From Macrostomum hystrix (lineage: Eukaryota > Animalia > Platyhelminthes), in contig CATNEN010000003.1 in assembly GCA_950097015.1 (NCBI GenBank), positions 12,214,001-12,278,000 of the forward strand: a stretch of 64,000 nt of DNA, given 5' to 3'. The notes under the pieces were generated by a model. It was not told where the DNA came from. It did not search any database and worked only from the letters and a program-made list of their open reading frames with translations. Positions within the stretch are counted from its first letter, which is position 1. The number at the start of each line of letters is the position of its first letter. Below, piece by piece: positions 1-12,519 of this stretch. The position numbers and the translations under genes were made by a program.

Positions 1-149
1 TTGTAGTTTGCAAATGATCGAGCACCGGTGTGTTTTATAATATAGAATCGAAAATTTAATGTATCGACCGTCTCTGAAAATAATATAAAATGCTTCATTC
101 TTCTTTTTTTGAATGCTGACATTTGCTTTTTAGGGTTTATCTCCGCGTA

Positions 150-1215
150 CCAGGGATTTGAAGGTTGAAATCTGACTACTGGGATTAATCATCCTGGAAC
201 TTTATGGCTGAAATCAGGTCTTTGGGATTAATTTACCTGGGATTTGAAGGCTGAAACCAGATCTTTAGGGTTAATCTACCTGGGATTTTAAGGCTGAATT
301 CAGGTCTTTGGGATTAATCTACCTGGGATTTTAAGGCTGAAATCAGGTCTTTGGGATTAATCTACCTGGGATTTTAAGGCTGAAATCAGGTCTTTGGGTT
401 TAATCTACCTGGGATTTGAAGGCTGAAACCAGATCTTTAGGGTTAATCTACCTGGGATTTGATAGCATAAATCTGGTCTTTGGGGTTAATCTAGCTGGGA
501 TTTGAAGGCTGAAATCAGATCTTTAGGGTTAATCTACCCGGGATTTGAAGGCTGAAATCAGGTCTTTGGGATTAATCTACCTGGGATTTGATGGCATAAA
601 TCAGATCTGAAACCAGATCTTTAGGGGTAATCTACCCGGGATTTGAAGGCTGAAATCAGGTCTTTGGGGTTAATCTACCTGGGATTTGAAGGCTGAAATC
701 AGATCTTTAGGGTTATTCTACCTGGGATTTGAAGGCTGAAATCAGATCTTTGGGGTTAATCTACCTGGGATTTGAAGGCTGAAATCAGATCTTTGGGGTT
801 AATCTACCTGGGATTTGATAGCATAAATCTGGTCTTTGGGATTAATCTACCTGGGATTTGAAGGCTGAAATCAGATCTTTGGGGTTAATCTACCTGGGAT
901 TTGAATGCTGAAATCAGATCTTTGGGGTTAATCTACCTGGGATTTGAAGGCTGAAATCAGATCTTTGGGGTTAATCTACCTGGGATTTGAAGGCTGAAAT
1001 CAGATCTTTGGGGTTAATCTACCTGGGATTTGAAGGCTGAAATCAGATCTTTGGGGTTAATCTACCTGGGATTTGAAGGTTGAAATCAGATCTTTGGGGT
1101 TAATCTACCTGGGATTTGAAGGCTGAAATCAGATCTTTGGGGTTAATCTACCTGGGATTTGAAGGCTGAAATCAGATCTTTGGGGTTAATCTACCTGGGA
1201 TTTGAAGGTTGAAAT
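150..1215. repeat. 43-bp tandem minisatellite
   Basis: Unit GGGATTTGAAGGCTGAAATCAGATCTTTGGGGTTAATCTACCT repeated (e.g. starts at 1111 and 1154); more degenerate at the left edge. Confidence 0.95.
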
Positions 1216-2144
1216 GTATTATGTTTAATTTAGGCTCAAGAAGCATTCAAAAGCTGTACATCTATATTTGACTTACCATTAGGACAAACTCAAATAAAAG
1301 ATTAAGATAATTTTAAGCTAACAAATGAAACATACATTTTGAATACAGTGTAGTTAACGATACAAGAGAGTTATATTTCAAATTCAATAAAGTGGATTTT
1401 GTCGATTTGCTTTTAATAAGCTAATTAGCACAGGAAACGCTTATATTTATTATGAAATTATTTTAAACAAATAACTAACCGTTTTTTATGAATTCCTGCA
1501 TACAAACGACAAAAAGCATTGGAATAGCGAATGTGAAATTAAACTAATAATTTATGATTTTTATTTTATTATCGGTAGGAATAAGCAAGCAAACAGGAAA
1601 ACATTAAAGGAAAAAAGCAAAGAATAATTAAATGATTTTGTTCACATGTGAATGCGTGTTAGTGTGTACCGAAACTTAACATAATTACACTGCTCAAGCT
1701 TATAAATAAGCTATAATAGGAAATCGTCGGTTTTAGCTTCAGAATTTTGACGAAGAGGTCCGGAGTTCGAATCTCAGCCTAAAGGTACCAGCCAAGTAAC
1801 CGACAATTGTCTGCGATTGGCGACCAAAGTATGCCAAATTAATAAAACGATGATTAACAGTAGAAAGATCACGGGGGATTTCAAATATTCATAATTCATA
1901 TATTCATAATTCATATATTCATAATTCATATATTCATAATTCATATTTCAAATGAATTTCCAATTTCAAATTCCAAAATTTTCAGCTCAATCCGATTGAA
2001 ACAACTTCCAGAAATCACAAAACATCGACATCGTCGAGTCGGGTGTGTGGTGGCAAAAACCATCGATATAGGCATAATTTTTATTATTGTTAACTCTTCT
2101 ATTATTGAAGCGATATGGACTGGTCTTAATAATAATTATAATTA

Positions 2145-2340
2145 ATAATTGCAGGAGGGCTGCGGGCAATGGCACATCATTTGGTGACACTAGACCCGCA
2201 GCCAGCCAGGAGGCAATTCTGCCCCATTTCGCTGACTCCTGAGCACACACTCACACAGGTGTGTACATCAGCCCTGACTTACTCATCTTCAGGCAGTGTA
2301 CACTGCCACAGTGCCTTGGAGGTTGGCCCTCGAAGGTGTA
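2145..2340 (-). mobile_element. tRNA-derived SINE family A, 3' fragment
   Basis: Reverse complement of the 3' half of the copy at 53750-54063, with (AAT)n tail. Confidence 0.85.
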
Positions 2341-2505
2341 ACCGGGGTCTTCGACAAGAATCGTTGAAAATCTCGACGATGCTGATGTCGGACGGCTTTG
2401 AAAGTTAGTTCATCGTACAGTATAAAGGGCGGAAAGTTCCCCCGTGATCTTTCCCCAGGGGAGAGAAATAGTGCAGTCTCTCTACTAATGATGCAGCTGA
2501 AACTT

Positions 2506-4677
2506 TCAAGTCTCCATGCCGTCCTCCAGATTGAGCACAAAAGTGACAGGCCTCATGCCGCTCTGAGCACTATCAGTAACATTGAGCACAGCATTCGAGT
2601 GCAAGCCCAATTCGGCCAAAGATTTCTCCAGATTGTCAGCCAGTTGATCGCGCAGAAACGACAAATCCATGTAGAGAGTGACGTCACGACCTTCAACACA
2701 GGCGGTTAGACTGGGCCTAGTCATGCCTAGATGGGATTTCAGATGATCCAGAACATTCTGCAGCGAGTCCCGACTATTGAAGGTCAAAGGCCGTGGCGGC
2801 GGCTGACCGCAAACGTCGCACTGGGGATTTCTTTCCAAAGGCACCACATTGAGTGCTACTCCGTCCGTGTCGCTGAAGTTGGCGAAATTGTTCATCAACG
2901 GGTAGGCGCCAGTGATGGCTTTGAACACCTCCGTGACGCACTGGGCGCTGATAACGGCATTGGTGGATGCCACAGCCGGGATGATGTGCTTTACAACGCC
3001 CTGGGTTAGGCGGAAGTCCGGCTCGCGGATGCCGAACTTTTTGGCCCGCTTGCAGGCCTCGGTTCGAATCCAGTCCACGTGATGCGGGTCGTCTCCGTCG
3101 ACCGGCACCTGGAAGCCGGATTTGGATTTTGGTTACATATGGGATTAGGCCCTGACCAAGTGGCTGAACACGATAGGCGTGACTAAATGAGGATTATGGT
3201 TGACTACAATGGGATTAGTGTAGTCGACAATGGGATTAGTCTTGTCTACAATGGGATTAGTGTAGTCCATAATGGGATTATTTTGTCCACAATGGGATTA
3301 GTATTGTCCACAATGGGATTAGTATTGTATACAATGGGATTAGTATTGTCCACAATGGGATTAGACTTGTCCACAATGGGATTATTTTTGTCCATAATGG
3401 GATTATTTTTGTCCAAAATGGGATTAGTATTGTCCACAATGGGATTAGTATTGTCCACAATGGGATTAGTCTTGTTTAAAATGAAATTAGTGTTGTCCAC
3501 GATTGGATTTGTGTAGCACACAAAGGTATTAGTGTCGTAAATAATGGATTTGAGTTTCACATTTTTGAAAATTCTTCACAATGGGATAAGTGTTGTCTAC
3601 AATGAGATTAGGTTAGTCAAAAATGAGTTGTTCATAGGATTAGGGCTGAAAAAAATACGCGATACCAGAAAAAAGTACCCCAAAATCACAGAAGCCAACC
3701 TCTTCGCCGAACGGCCACTCCTGCGGCCACTGAATAATCCGGGCGAACTCAATGCAGTGCTCAGGCAGGCGCGGCGTGTGCGCCAGGGTGCACAATGGGA
3801 AGCCCTGCTGCGAGTTGCCGTACAGATCGGCTGTGCACTCCAGGCAGGGTGTGCTGTGAGCGCGTACCACTCGACAATGACCCTGGAAGCCTTGAGTGCC
3901 ACCGTCGATCAGCGGGACGACGCTAGTTGGAATCGGTTGATCGGAGTCATCGAACTGAACTAGCGAGCACACGATCTGGTTTAGACGACGCCTGATTATT
4001 AATGATTGGCAGATTGACTATGGGTTGTTACAGACAGAAGGACACACAACAGACTGAAGGATAAGACAATCTGACAGATAAGACAGTCTGTCAGATAAGA
4101 CAGTCTGTCAGATAAGACAGTCTGGCAGATAAGACAGTCTGTCAGATAAGACAGTCTGACAGATAAGACAGTCTGACAGATAAGACAGTCTGGCAGAAAA
4201 GACTGTAACAAATAAGACAGCAAGGTTGACGGCCAGTTTTTACCTCGCCTGTACGCTGTCCAAGCCGCAAACGATGCACATAAACTGTCTGTAGAACTCC
4301 AGTGGTTTATCCTCGAGTTTGCCAAAGTGGGGAGTGACTTTACAGCCGGACACGCGCCGTTCAACAAACTCGGCGGCGACAACAGCTTTTGGTCGGCCAA
4401 TATCTTTGGGACGAAATAGAAACTGTCGGTTTAGATTGGACAGATCGATAGTGTCCATATCGATCAGGTGCAAATTAACAAATCCGCTTAGCGCCAAATC
4501 TTTCAGCAACTCGCAGCCTAATCCGCCGGCTCCGACTACCAGAATCTGTACAAGATCCGATCTAATCGCGGAGAATAACTCCGGATCGGGTTCGAACTCC
4601 GGACCGCCAAGTGGGCCGGGTCGCTCCAACAGACGGCGCATATGGCGCCAACGATTATCGGTGCCCGGAGAGCTCTG
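2506..4677 (-). CDS. UBA3: NEDD8-activating enzyme E1 catalytic subunit
   Basis: Exons 4677-4244, 3991-3700, 3108-2506 with GT-AG borders and compatible phases. Motifs [27 protein letters not shown], catalytic [31 protein letters not shown]. Start codon unresolved (first genomic ATG at 4641). Confidence 0.96.
3195..3620. repeat. 21-bp intronic minisatellite
   Basis: ACAATGGGATTAGTATTGTCC units inside a UBA3 intron. Confidence 0.92.
4045..4220. repeat. 17-bp intronic minisatellite
   Basis: CAGATAAGACAGTCTGT units inside a UBA3 intron. Confidence 0.9.
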
Positions 4678-4739
4678 CTGCGGAGGTCAGATTAACAAGA
4701 TTCGTAGAAATCATTAGCGCCAAAAATTGATCCAGTTCA

Positions 4740-4795
4740 GTTGGGAATCGAACCCCTGACCTTCAAGTCGTGAGTCCGACACCCTAACCACTACA
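4740..4795 (-). mobile_element. SINE family B, tRNA-like head fragment
   Basis: Reverse complement of the head of the 7537 copy (GTAGTGGTTAGGGTGTCGGACTCACGACTTGAAGGTCAGGGGTTCGATTCCC). Confidence 0.75.
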
Positions 4796-4911
4796 AATTC
4801 CTTTAAATTCTAGCCGACATATGAAGAATGACGAACAAAATTTCTGTGATTTTAACATTCAAATGTTTTCAGTTCGTATTCAAATGAGAATTGTAGAGAG
4901 ATATGAATTTT

Positions 4912-5360
4912 CCAGAAAAGAACTGGGGTTTCTCTAGAAAAGAACTGGGGTTTCTCTAGAAAAGAACTGGGGTTTCTCTAGAAAAGAACTGGGGTTTCTC
5001 TAGAAAAGAACTGGGGTTTCTCTAGAAAAGAACTGGGGTTTCTCTTGAAAAGAACTGGGGTTTCTCTAGAAAAGAACTGGGGTTTTTCCAGAAAAGAACT
5101 GGGGTTTCTCTAGAAAAGAACTGGGGTTTCTCCAGAAAAGAACTGGGGTTTTTCTAGAAAAGAACTGGGGTTTTTCCAGAAAAGAACTGGGGTTTCTCTA
5201 GAAAAGAACTGGCGTTTCTCTAGAAAAGAACTGGGGTTTTTCCAGAAAAGAACTGGCGTTTCTCTAGAAAAGAACTGGGGTTTCTCTAGAAAAGAACTGG
5301 GGTTTTTCCAGAAAAGAGTGGGGAAAAGAGGGGGAAAAGAGGGGGAAAAGAGTGGGGAAT
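4912..5360. repeat. 22-bp tandem minisatellite
   Basis: AGAAAAGAACTGGGGTTTCTCT units. Confidence 0.93.
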
Positions 5361-5724
5361 TTCTACACGCATTTCGCTACACGACACAACTGAACCACCA
5401 ATTTATTTTGTAGATAAAGGCTTAAAGTACCAGATAAATCTCGTATCAGAAATTATTGTTGGCACGTATTTAAAGCTGAAACAGACGGGAAAAGACACAC
5501 CTTATAGCAAAGCCGAATTAACAAACGTATCGTGACAATCCAGGCCTTATTTGAGTTTTTATCGTTATCAAATTCTGCGTAACTATAAAAGACAAATCGA
5601 ATCCGATTTTATGAAACCTGATAAGAAACCAAATATTTTTGTTACTAGTCTAGAAATTCTAAAGGCGCGAAATTTCTAGAATCAGAAATAACCAAGTGCA
5701 CAAACTAAGCAACCAAGAATAGAC

Positions 5725-7301
5725 ATGCGCGGACTAGTCTTCACAGCCACCGACGGCTCATTGAAGCTTAGGGATGATCTAAAAAAGCCACAACCGAAAG
5801 CTAACGAGGTCCTAGTTCGCGTGAGTCACAGCGGCGTCTGTGGCACAGATTTGCACGTGATGCAGGGCCACTTCCCGGTGGCTGGTAGCCGAACACACCT
5901 CATTCTAGGGCACGAATTCACCGGCTGGCTAATCAACAATGGCGACACCAAGGGGGATAGCAAAGGTGAACCGGTGTTTGTCAATCCAAATGGAACCTGC
6001 GGCTTTTGCACCAGTTGCCAACAGGTGAACTACTCAGCTTAAGCCTGTCTATTTTAACAACTTGATAGCCTGCTGAGCAAGGGCAGGGATAACACTGAGT
6101 AGCTAGAGCAGGTTTCGGCAAACTTATTAGCATGCGGGCCACTAAGAGAACCTAAAAGACGAAAGACTTTTGCGTCTGATATGTAGGAATATGAGAATTT
6201 GAAGGAATATAAGAAAGGGGAGAGATGAGACAGGAAAGAAATGAAATAGGGATGACACAGAGAAGAGATGCAAGACAGGGAGAGATGAGACAGGAGAGAG
6301 ACGAGACACTCCATCTCCAGATGCGACAGTATACTGTAGGCGTTGGAAGGGACAACGGGCTGGATTTAGGAGCTTCTAGGGCCGCATCTGGCACGCGGGC
6401 CGGAGTATGCCGACCCCGGAGCAAGAGATACCATAAAGATTGGGGGAAAGACATAAAATATAAGACCGCAAACGGACGTTAACACTCGTTCACAAGTGAT
6501 TGGATACATTTTCGCAATTGATCTCTTCTTTCCATTGGAAAAAACGCCAAGGGTCGCATACACTTCTGCCGACAGCGGAGCATGAACACTGGCGGGGTCG
6601 GCTTAGCCAGAGACGGCGGCTGGGCTGAACTAGTTGCTGTGCCAGCCAATCAGGTTCACCGACTGCCACCGGGCCTGCCGTTAGCAACTGGCATCCTAGT
6701 TGAGCCAATCAGCTGCGTGCTACACGGCTACGATAGGCTATTCTCGGCTAGCGCTCCGCGCTTATTGGACAACACAGATTCCGTGCTTATCCTGGGCGCC
6801 GGTATAATCGGCCTGCTATGGGCGTGCCTGCTGCATCAACGCGGGCATCGAGTCATCGACATAAGCGACGTGGCTCTAGAACGTCGTCAGGCTGTGGAAA
6901 ATTTGAAACTCGACGGTGTAACAGCTAGGCAGCCGCACGAGTTGCCTAGCAACGCCTATCAACTGATTGTGGACTGCACCGGTGTGCCAAGAGCTTTAGA
7001 ATCAGCCTACAATAGCCTCGCTAGCGGTGGAATATTATGCGCCTTCGGTTGCGCGCCGGAGGGTGCCAAGTTAAGCCTGCCATATTTTGATCTGGTCAGA
7101 CGCGAGTCTACCATTGTGTTCTGCCGCATCAATCCGTTTGCTGGCGATCGAGCCATCGACTTAACTCACCGGTTGCACCGGGAGGGCTACCTGGACTTAG
7201 ACCGGTTAGGTATTAAACTCTACACGTTGGATCAGCACCAGAAGGCGTTCGAAGCGCTTAACAATCGACAGGCGCCTAAAGTGGCCTTCCAGTTGGCGTA
7301 G
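5725..7301 (+). CDS. Zinc-dependent medium-chain dehydrogenase/reductase (sorbitol/polyol dehydrogenase-like)
   Basis: Exons 5725-6024 and 6552-7301. VCGTDLH and GHE catalytic-Zn motifs, structural-Zn CGFCTSCQQ|GRIHFC joined across the intron, Rossmann GAGIIG. Confidence 0.92.
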
Positions 7302-7536
7302 GCTAAATCGAAACCTCGTCGATGCTGACTCCTTAAAAATCGACCAAATAAAAAAAGTCAATCTAAACTAATAGAATGGCATTGATTAAAAAATATCTTG
7401 CAGGTTTTTGCGTGTGTACTAAGGGTGGGAGTTTATTGATGCCATGGATGTGTATCTAGCTTTCACTGTAACTATTGACACTAAAGTTAGATAAGTGGTC
7501 TAGTAACATGTATATATATATATATATGATTAATCA

Positions 7537-7840
7537 GAGGTTGTAGCCTAGTGGTTAAGGCGTCGGACTCACGACTTGAAGATCGGGGGTTCGATTCCCG
7601 ACTCCAGTGAAACAATTTGTGTCCTTTAGCAAGACACTTAACTCTGCATTGCTTCAGTTCACCCAGCTGTTAAATGGGTACCATCATCAGCTGGGATAAT
7701 TGAAGGTGGGTGTGGCGTCCCCCCAGTCCATGGACTGAACGCAACGTTCAGATGCGCCGCGCATTAGCTGCGGCTGTGCTGTCGGCTGCACATCTGACCC
7801 AATTGGGGCAGGTGTAATCAATAATTAATAATAATTAAAT
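7537..7840 (+). mobile_element. tRNA-derived SINE family B with CORE-like domain, near full length
   Basis: A box TAGCCTAGTGG, B box GTTCGATTC, MIR-core-like TGTGTCCTTTAGCAAGACACTTAAC...CTGTTAAATGGG, AAT-rich tail. Confidence 0.85.
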
Positions 7841-8226
7841 AATCAACAAAAACATACAATCCAAAACATCCTCGTTATCTTTCGTAATGTATTTCGATTA
7901 GTTTGCGAACCTAATTACACACAGAGAGATACTAACAAAATGCGGCACCAGAAATGACTTCAATTAACTGAACATAATATAGAGGCCTTTTAACAGTAGA
8001 AAATCCAAGATTAAATATCCGACCCACTCTCTCCGACAAGAATTACTGAATATCTCGACGATGCTGACTCGGACAGCTTTGAAAGTTAGTTCATCGTAAA
8101 GGGTGAAAAACTTTCACGAAAAACAGGGTGGCTTTTTCTACTGCTAAGTGAGCAGTGCGGCTCATAAAATTAGACCAACAATTCAGCGTGCTACGAGATG
8201 ATTTGTGGAGCCAAATTGTTTAAAAT

Positions 8227-10327
8227 CTAAGCGTCATTCAGCACAGCGCGTCGCCTCTTATCAACAATCAGCCGCTGCACCTCGGCAGCTTTGTTAGCCT
8301 CCGAATGCGTTGGATCCACGTGATAACTGGGATCGGTGAATAGGGCGCCGAAGCGAGAGTCGGCGGCCACATCAGCAGCAGTGACCGCCGACTGATTAGC
8401 TCGCTGCTTAGTAGCTGCGGCGCCTATTGAAGAACGGTCGGCAACCAGCATGGCCAGCTCTTGTTCGCTCGCCGGCAGAACGGCTTCGTCCTCGCCCTGG
8501 CCATCTTCATCTCTATCGCCGTCAGCTTTGGCAGCAGTTGGCAATAGTCCGGCCTTGGCCAGCTTCGCTCGCTTCGCCTGATCTTTGAGCTTGCGCCTTC
8601 GGCTTCGCTTTCGAGATTCCGTCGCCGACGTTGATGGCTGCTGATTATCGTTTGTCTTCTTCGCATTTGTTTCAGCGTCGGCATCTTCAACGGCGAATTC
8701 TAGATCGTCCGGCATTTCATCGTCGGAGAAATCTGCGCGATCACCAAATTCTTCGTTTCCTAGAAGTGCCTGGCGCAGCTTGGCTGTTCGCTCTTTTAGT
8801 TTGTCCTCATTTGCTTTTCTGCCATCATTTTCTTCTTCTTCATCCTCATCTTTGTCGCTGCTTAGGGCGAGAAAATCTGACAAGCGTTTCAAATCCGGAT
8901 CAGCTTCGTCAAAGTCAGCCTTGTCGAAGAGACCCTGAATGAAAATTAATAGTTTGTTAATATTTTTTTCTAAACATATCGGATGCAAACAAAATTTATA
9001 CTTTTTGAAGCAACGGAATAGCTAGTTTTTATTGGAAGAAACCCACTACTGTATTCTATTCTGTATTCTATTACTAATGCTCTGCCCCTAAATACGTTCT
9101 GGGTGGAACCGCCCAATTCTGATTCGAACTCGCGACCTTCCAGTCTCACTGGCAGATGTTGCAAATACGAAAGCGACTCACCTGCAGATAGCGAGTGCGC
9201 TCAGTCGGAGTCTCATCCCAAGTCAGGCCAGCTTTGGTGCGACTTAATGACCCAGCAATCAACTTCTTCGGTTTATAAGCGGCAGGATCTAGGCCCGCAC
9301 ACCTGGTTACTAGGTGACGCCACTCATCTGGCACATCCTCAGATCCGCCAAATTGCATCTCGTCTGGCACGTAGCTCAATTTTAAACAACCGCCAGTGCT
9401 TTCAACTTCTAAGCCTGAGCACTGCTCAAATACTCGCTCCGCTGCGGCTGCAGAGTCGAACTCAGCCACGGCGTAATAATACCACAATCGTTTGAGTTGA
9501 TGACGTCTCAGGCTGCGATGATAAGACTCTGTGGAAGTCTCAGAATCCTTACTAGCTGCATTCTTACTTCGTCTTAACTCCAACGGGCCCAATTTGGCTT
9601 CCTCCATCATTCGCCTCTGACCAAACTGGGACGGATACACTGTGACGCTAATCAATCGACCTATTGTTGGAGGACAATGACTAGCTAGCAACATGAACAG
9701 ATCCGTAGCTTTCAACTGATCCCAATCCTGCTGAGTGACAGCAAGGCGCTTTGTCGGTTCAACATGCTCGTCATCCTCATTTGTCAGAGCCGATTGCATG
9801 GATTTTTGTTCCAGTTCGCGAAATTCCTCATCCTCGCTACTGTCTGCTTCTTCTTCTTCGTCTTCTTCCTCTTCCTCTTCCTCTTCCTCATCGTCATCTT
9901 CATCTTCTTCTACAGCTTCTTCTTCTTCAGAATCCTCGTCTTTTTCTTCAAGTTCATGCTCCTTGGCCTCATCTTCATCATGATCATCATCATCGTCGTC
10001 GTTTTCGTCTACATCATCGCTATCCTCTCGCTTCGACGAGGCGGCAGCATCTGCCTGTTGCTTCTGATTCAAGCCGTAGAATCTTTTCAAATCGTCGCGA
10101 GAGCTCATAGCCACTGGACGGCCGCGTTTATCGCTGCGCGCACTAGTGGCAAACTCTGGATCTGTGAACATTGCGCCGAATCGATTGTCGATCGCAACTT
10201 TGGTAGCTTTTCGCGCCGCGGCCGAACGATAGCGCGGATCTGTGGTCACGTGACCGAAGCGTGGATCGGCGCGCCAATCATCGTTGCCGTCGTCGTCTTT
10301 AGCGCCAGCTGAACGCTTTTTAACCAT
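8227..10327 (-). CDS. ESF1: Pre-rRNA processing protein ESF1 homolog
   Basis: Exons 10327-9182 and 8934-8227. DPRF..V..DPRY, IDNRFGAMFTDPEF, acidic tract, TKRLAV..DWD, YYYAVAEFDS, LTWDET, C-terminal NUC153-type DSRFGALFTDPSYHVDP. Confidence 0.93.
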
Positions 10328-10429
10328 GATTGTAGAAAGGCGACACACTGCTGAAATGAACAGGGGGTTTGAGGAGTTTTCAAATTAAAATAACAATCGC
10401 ATTTAGAGTATTGACGCTAATTACAGATT

Positions 10430-11210
10430 TTACTGCTTGTGGTGTTGCAGTTTTCGGTATTTTAGTTTGCGGTGCTGAAATTTATGATGCAATTTATCGT
10501 GTCGCAGTTTTTAGGGTTGCAGTTTGTGGTGTTGAAATTTATGATGCAATTTATCGTGTCGCAGTTTTTAGGGTTGCAGTTGGTGGTGTTGAAATTTATG
10601 ATGCAATTTATCGTGTCGCAGTTTTTAGGGTTGCAGTTTGTGGTGTTGAAATTTATGATGCAATTTATCGTGTCGCAGTTTTTAGGGTTGCAGTTGGTGG
10701 TGTTGAAATTTATGATGCAATTTATCGTGTTGCAGTTTTTAGGGTTGCAGTTTGTGGTGCTGAAATTTATGATGCAATTTATCGTGTCGCAGTTTTTAGG
10801 GTTGCAGTTTGTGGGGTTGCAGTTTGTGTTGTTGCAGTTTGTGGTGTTGCAGTTTGTGGTGTTGCAGTTTGTGGTGTTGCAGTTTGTGGTGTTGCAGTTT
10901 GTGGTGTTGCAGTTTGTGGTGTTGCAGTTTGTGGTGTTGCAGTTTGTGGAGTTGCAGTTTGTGGAGTTGCAGTTTGCGGTGTTGCAGTTTGTGGTGTTGC
11001 AGTTTGTGGAGTTGCAGTTTGTGGAGTTGCAGTTTGTGGAGTTGCAGTTTGTGGAGTTGCAGTTTGTGGAGTTGCAGTTTGCGGTGTTGCAGTTTGTGGT
11101 GTTGCAGTTTGTGGAGTTGCAGTTTGTGGAGTTGCAGTTTGTGGAGTTGCAGTTTGTGGAGTTGCAGTTTGTGGAGTTGCAGTTTGTGGTGTTGCAGTTT
11201 GTAATTTTGC
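10430..11210. repeat. Compound minisatellite (57-bp units followed by 15-bp units)
   Basis: 57-bp unit containing GTTGCAGTTT, followed by (GTTGCAGTTTGTGG[T/A])n. Confidence 0.93.
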
Positions 11211-12519
11211 TGTTCATGGTGCTTCAACTTGAATTGTCACCCCTGTGTTAAGTATTATTTTGTGGTGACCTAATTTTCATGGTTAATAAGTGGGATCTTT
11301 CTGCATTTCAAAAACCAATTGTTATCTTCCCTAGGTAGCATTGCAAGAAAAAAAGCAAAATCAAGAAGCAATACTTTCTCTTTCAAAAAAACTTTTTCTC
11401 GTTTATTTATAGCTGGTCATTGCACACAGCACCCGAATTTTGATTGATTGACAGATTAAATGAGTTGTTTTCTACAAAAAACTGTGCACTACTGTTAGTA
11501 GTTACAAAATTATTTAAGAAAACACAAAACAGACAGCAACCGTAGAGGCATTTCACAGCCCAAAAAAACTAACTAAAAATAAACACTGATAAGTACAGAG
11601 TCCGTGTGTGTATAACAATAGTTTCACAACAGCGCCAAACACGAAATAGTTGCGTTGATAAACCGTTTTCTAGAAAAAAAAACTCTTTAAAAATAAGAAG
11701 AAAAACTTTGTGCCTGTTGCTGGGCGAGATTTGTAAATAAAAATCGTCAGACTGCCAGACTGTTGACAAAAGCATCAGATATTTCCGTATATAAATAGCA
11801 CACGGTGAGTTTTAGTGCTTGGTGATGAACATATATGAATATTATATTATGCTCTCTCTATATAAACAGAGCGCTTTATATTTTTCTATACATATCGGTT
11901 TGCTAAAAGTAGTCGCAGAAAAAATAAAATCTACAATATTTGTAAACACGAGTATTAGACATGCGATAGAAATACTTTGAAAGTATTTTATGAGAATACT
12001 AAACACAACAGCTAAAAGTCGCTGACAATAAAACGACTAGACAAAACTGTATATTATTATGTGCGCTATTTCTGATTCATTTTTAAAATACGACAAAAGA
12101 GATAAAAAAATTCGAAAGATGGGCTACAGAAAAATAATAACTCGACTGAGATTCCAGAGGTTTATAAACTGCAAAAATGTATAATTAGAAAGGATAGACT
12201 AGAAGTTTAACTGACATTACTATTATTGACTAAGATTAAAATAGTTTCAAGAATAAGTCATTGAAAAGTACACAAAATTAGATAATTTCTAGCTGGCTAG
12301 CAGCTGTTAAACCAATTTTAAAAAACACTTACAACAACTAAACTAGGGCGAGAAAGTAAGCGTTACACCAATACTAAACTGTGTTTTTATAATCTTAAAA
12401 ATAAAAAGAAACACAGAGAAGAAAATAAAAAATGTATTTACAGAACCGGAGAGAAGATAACAAAGGGTAAAAATTGGACAGGAAAAATGAGGAAGAATAA
12501 AGAATGAGGAATAAGAAGA

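Noticed and set aside
2370-2418. SECIS or C/D snoRNA in the UBA3/ESF1 downstream motif
   Set aside because: No complementary SECIS stem with a GA quartet, no canonical C/D boxes, and no in-frame TGA in either gene.
5725-7301. Recent bacterial horizontal transfer of the dehydrogenase
   Set aside because: It has a spliceosomal intron and host-like composition, and similar MDR enzymes occur in invertebrates; this cannot be supported without a phylogeny.
9735-10312. Plus-strand poly-Ser and hydrophobic ORFs, and similar antisense ORFs over UBA3, HSPA12 and gag
   Set aside because: Shadows of real coding sequence on the opposite strand.
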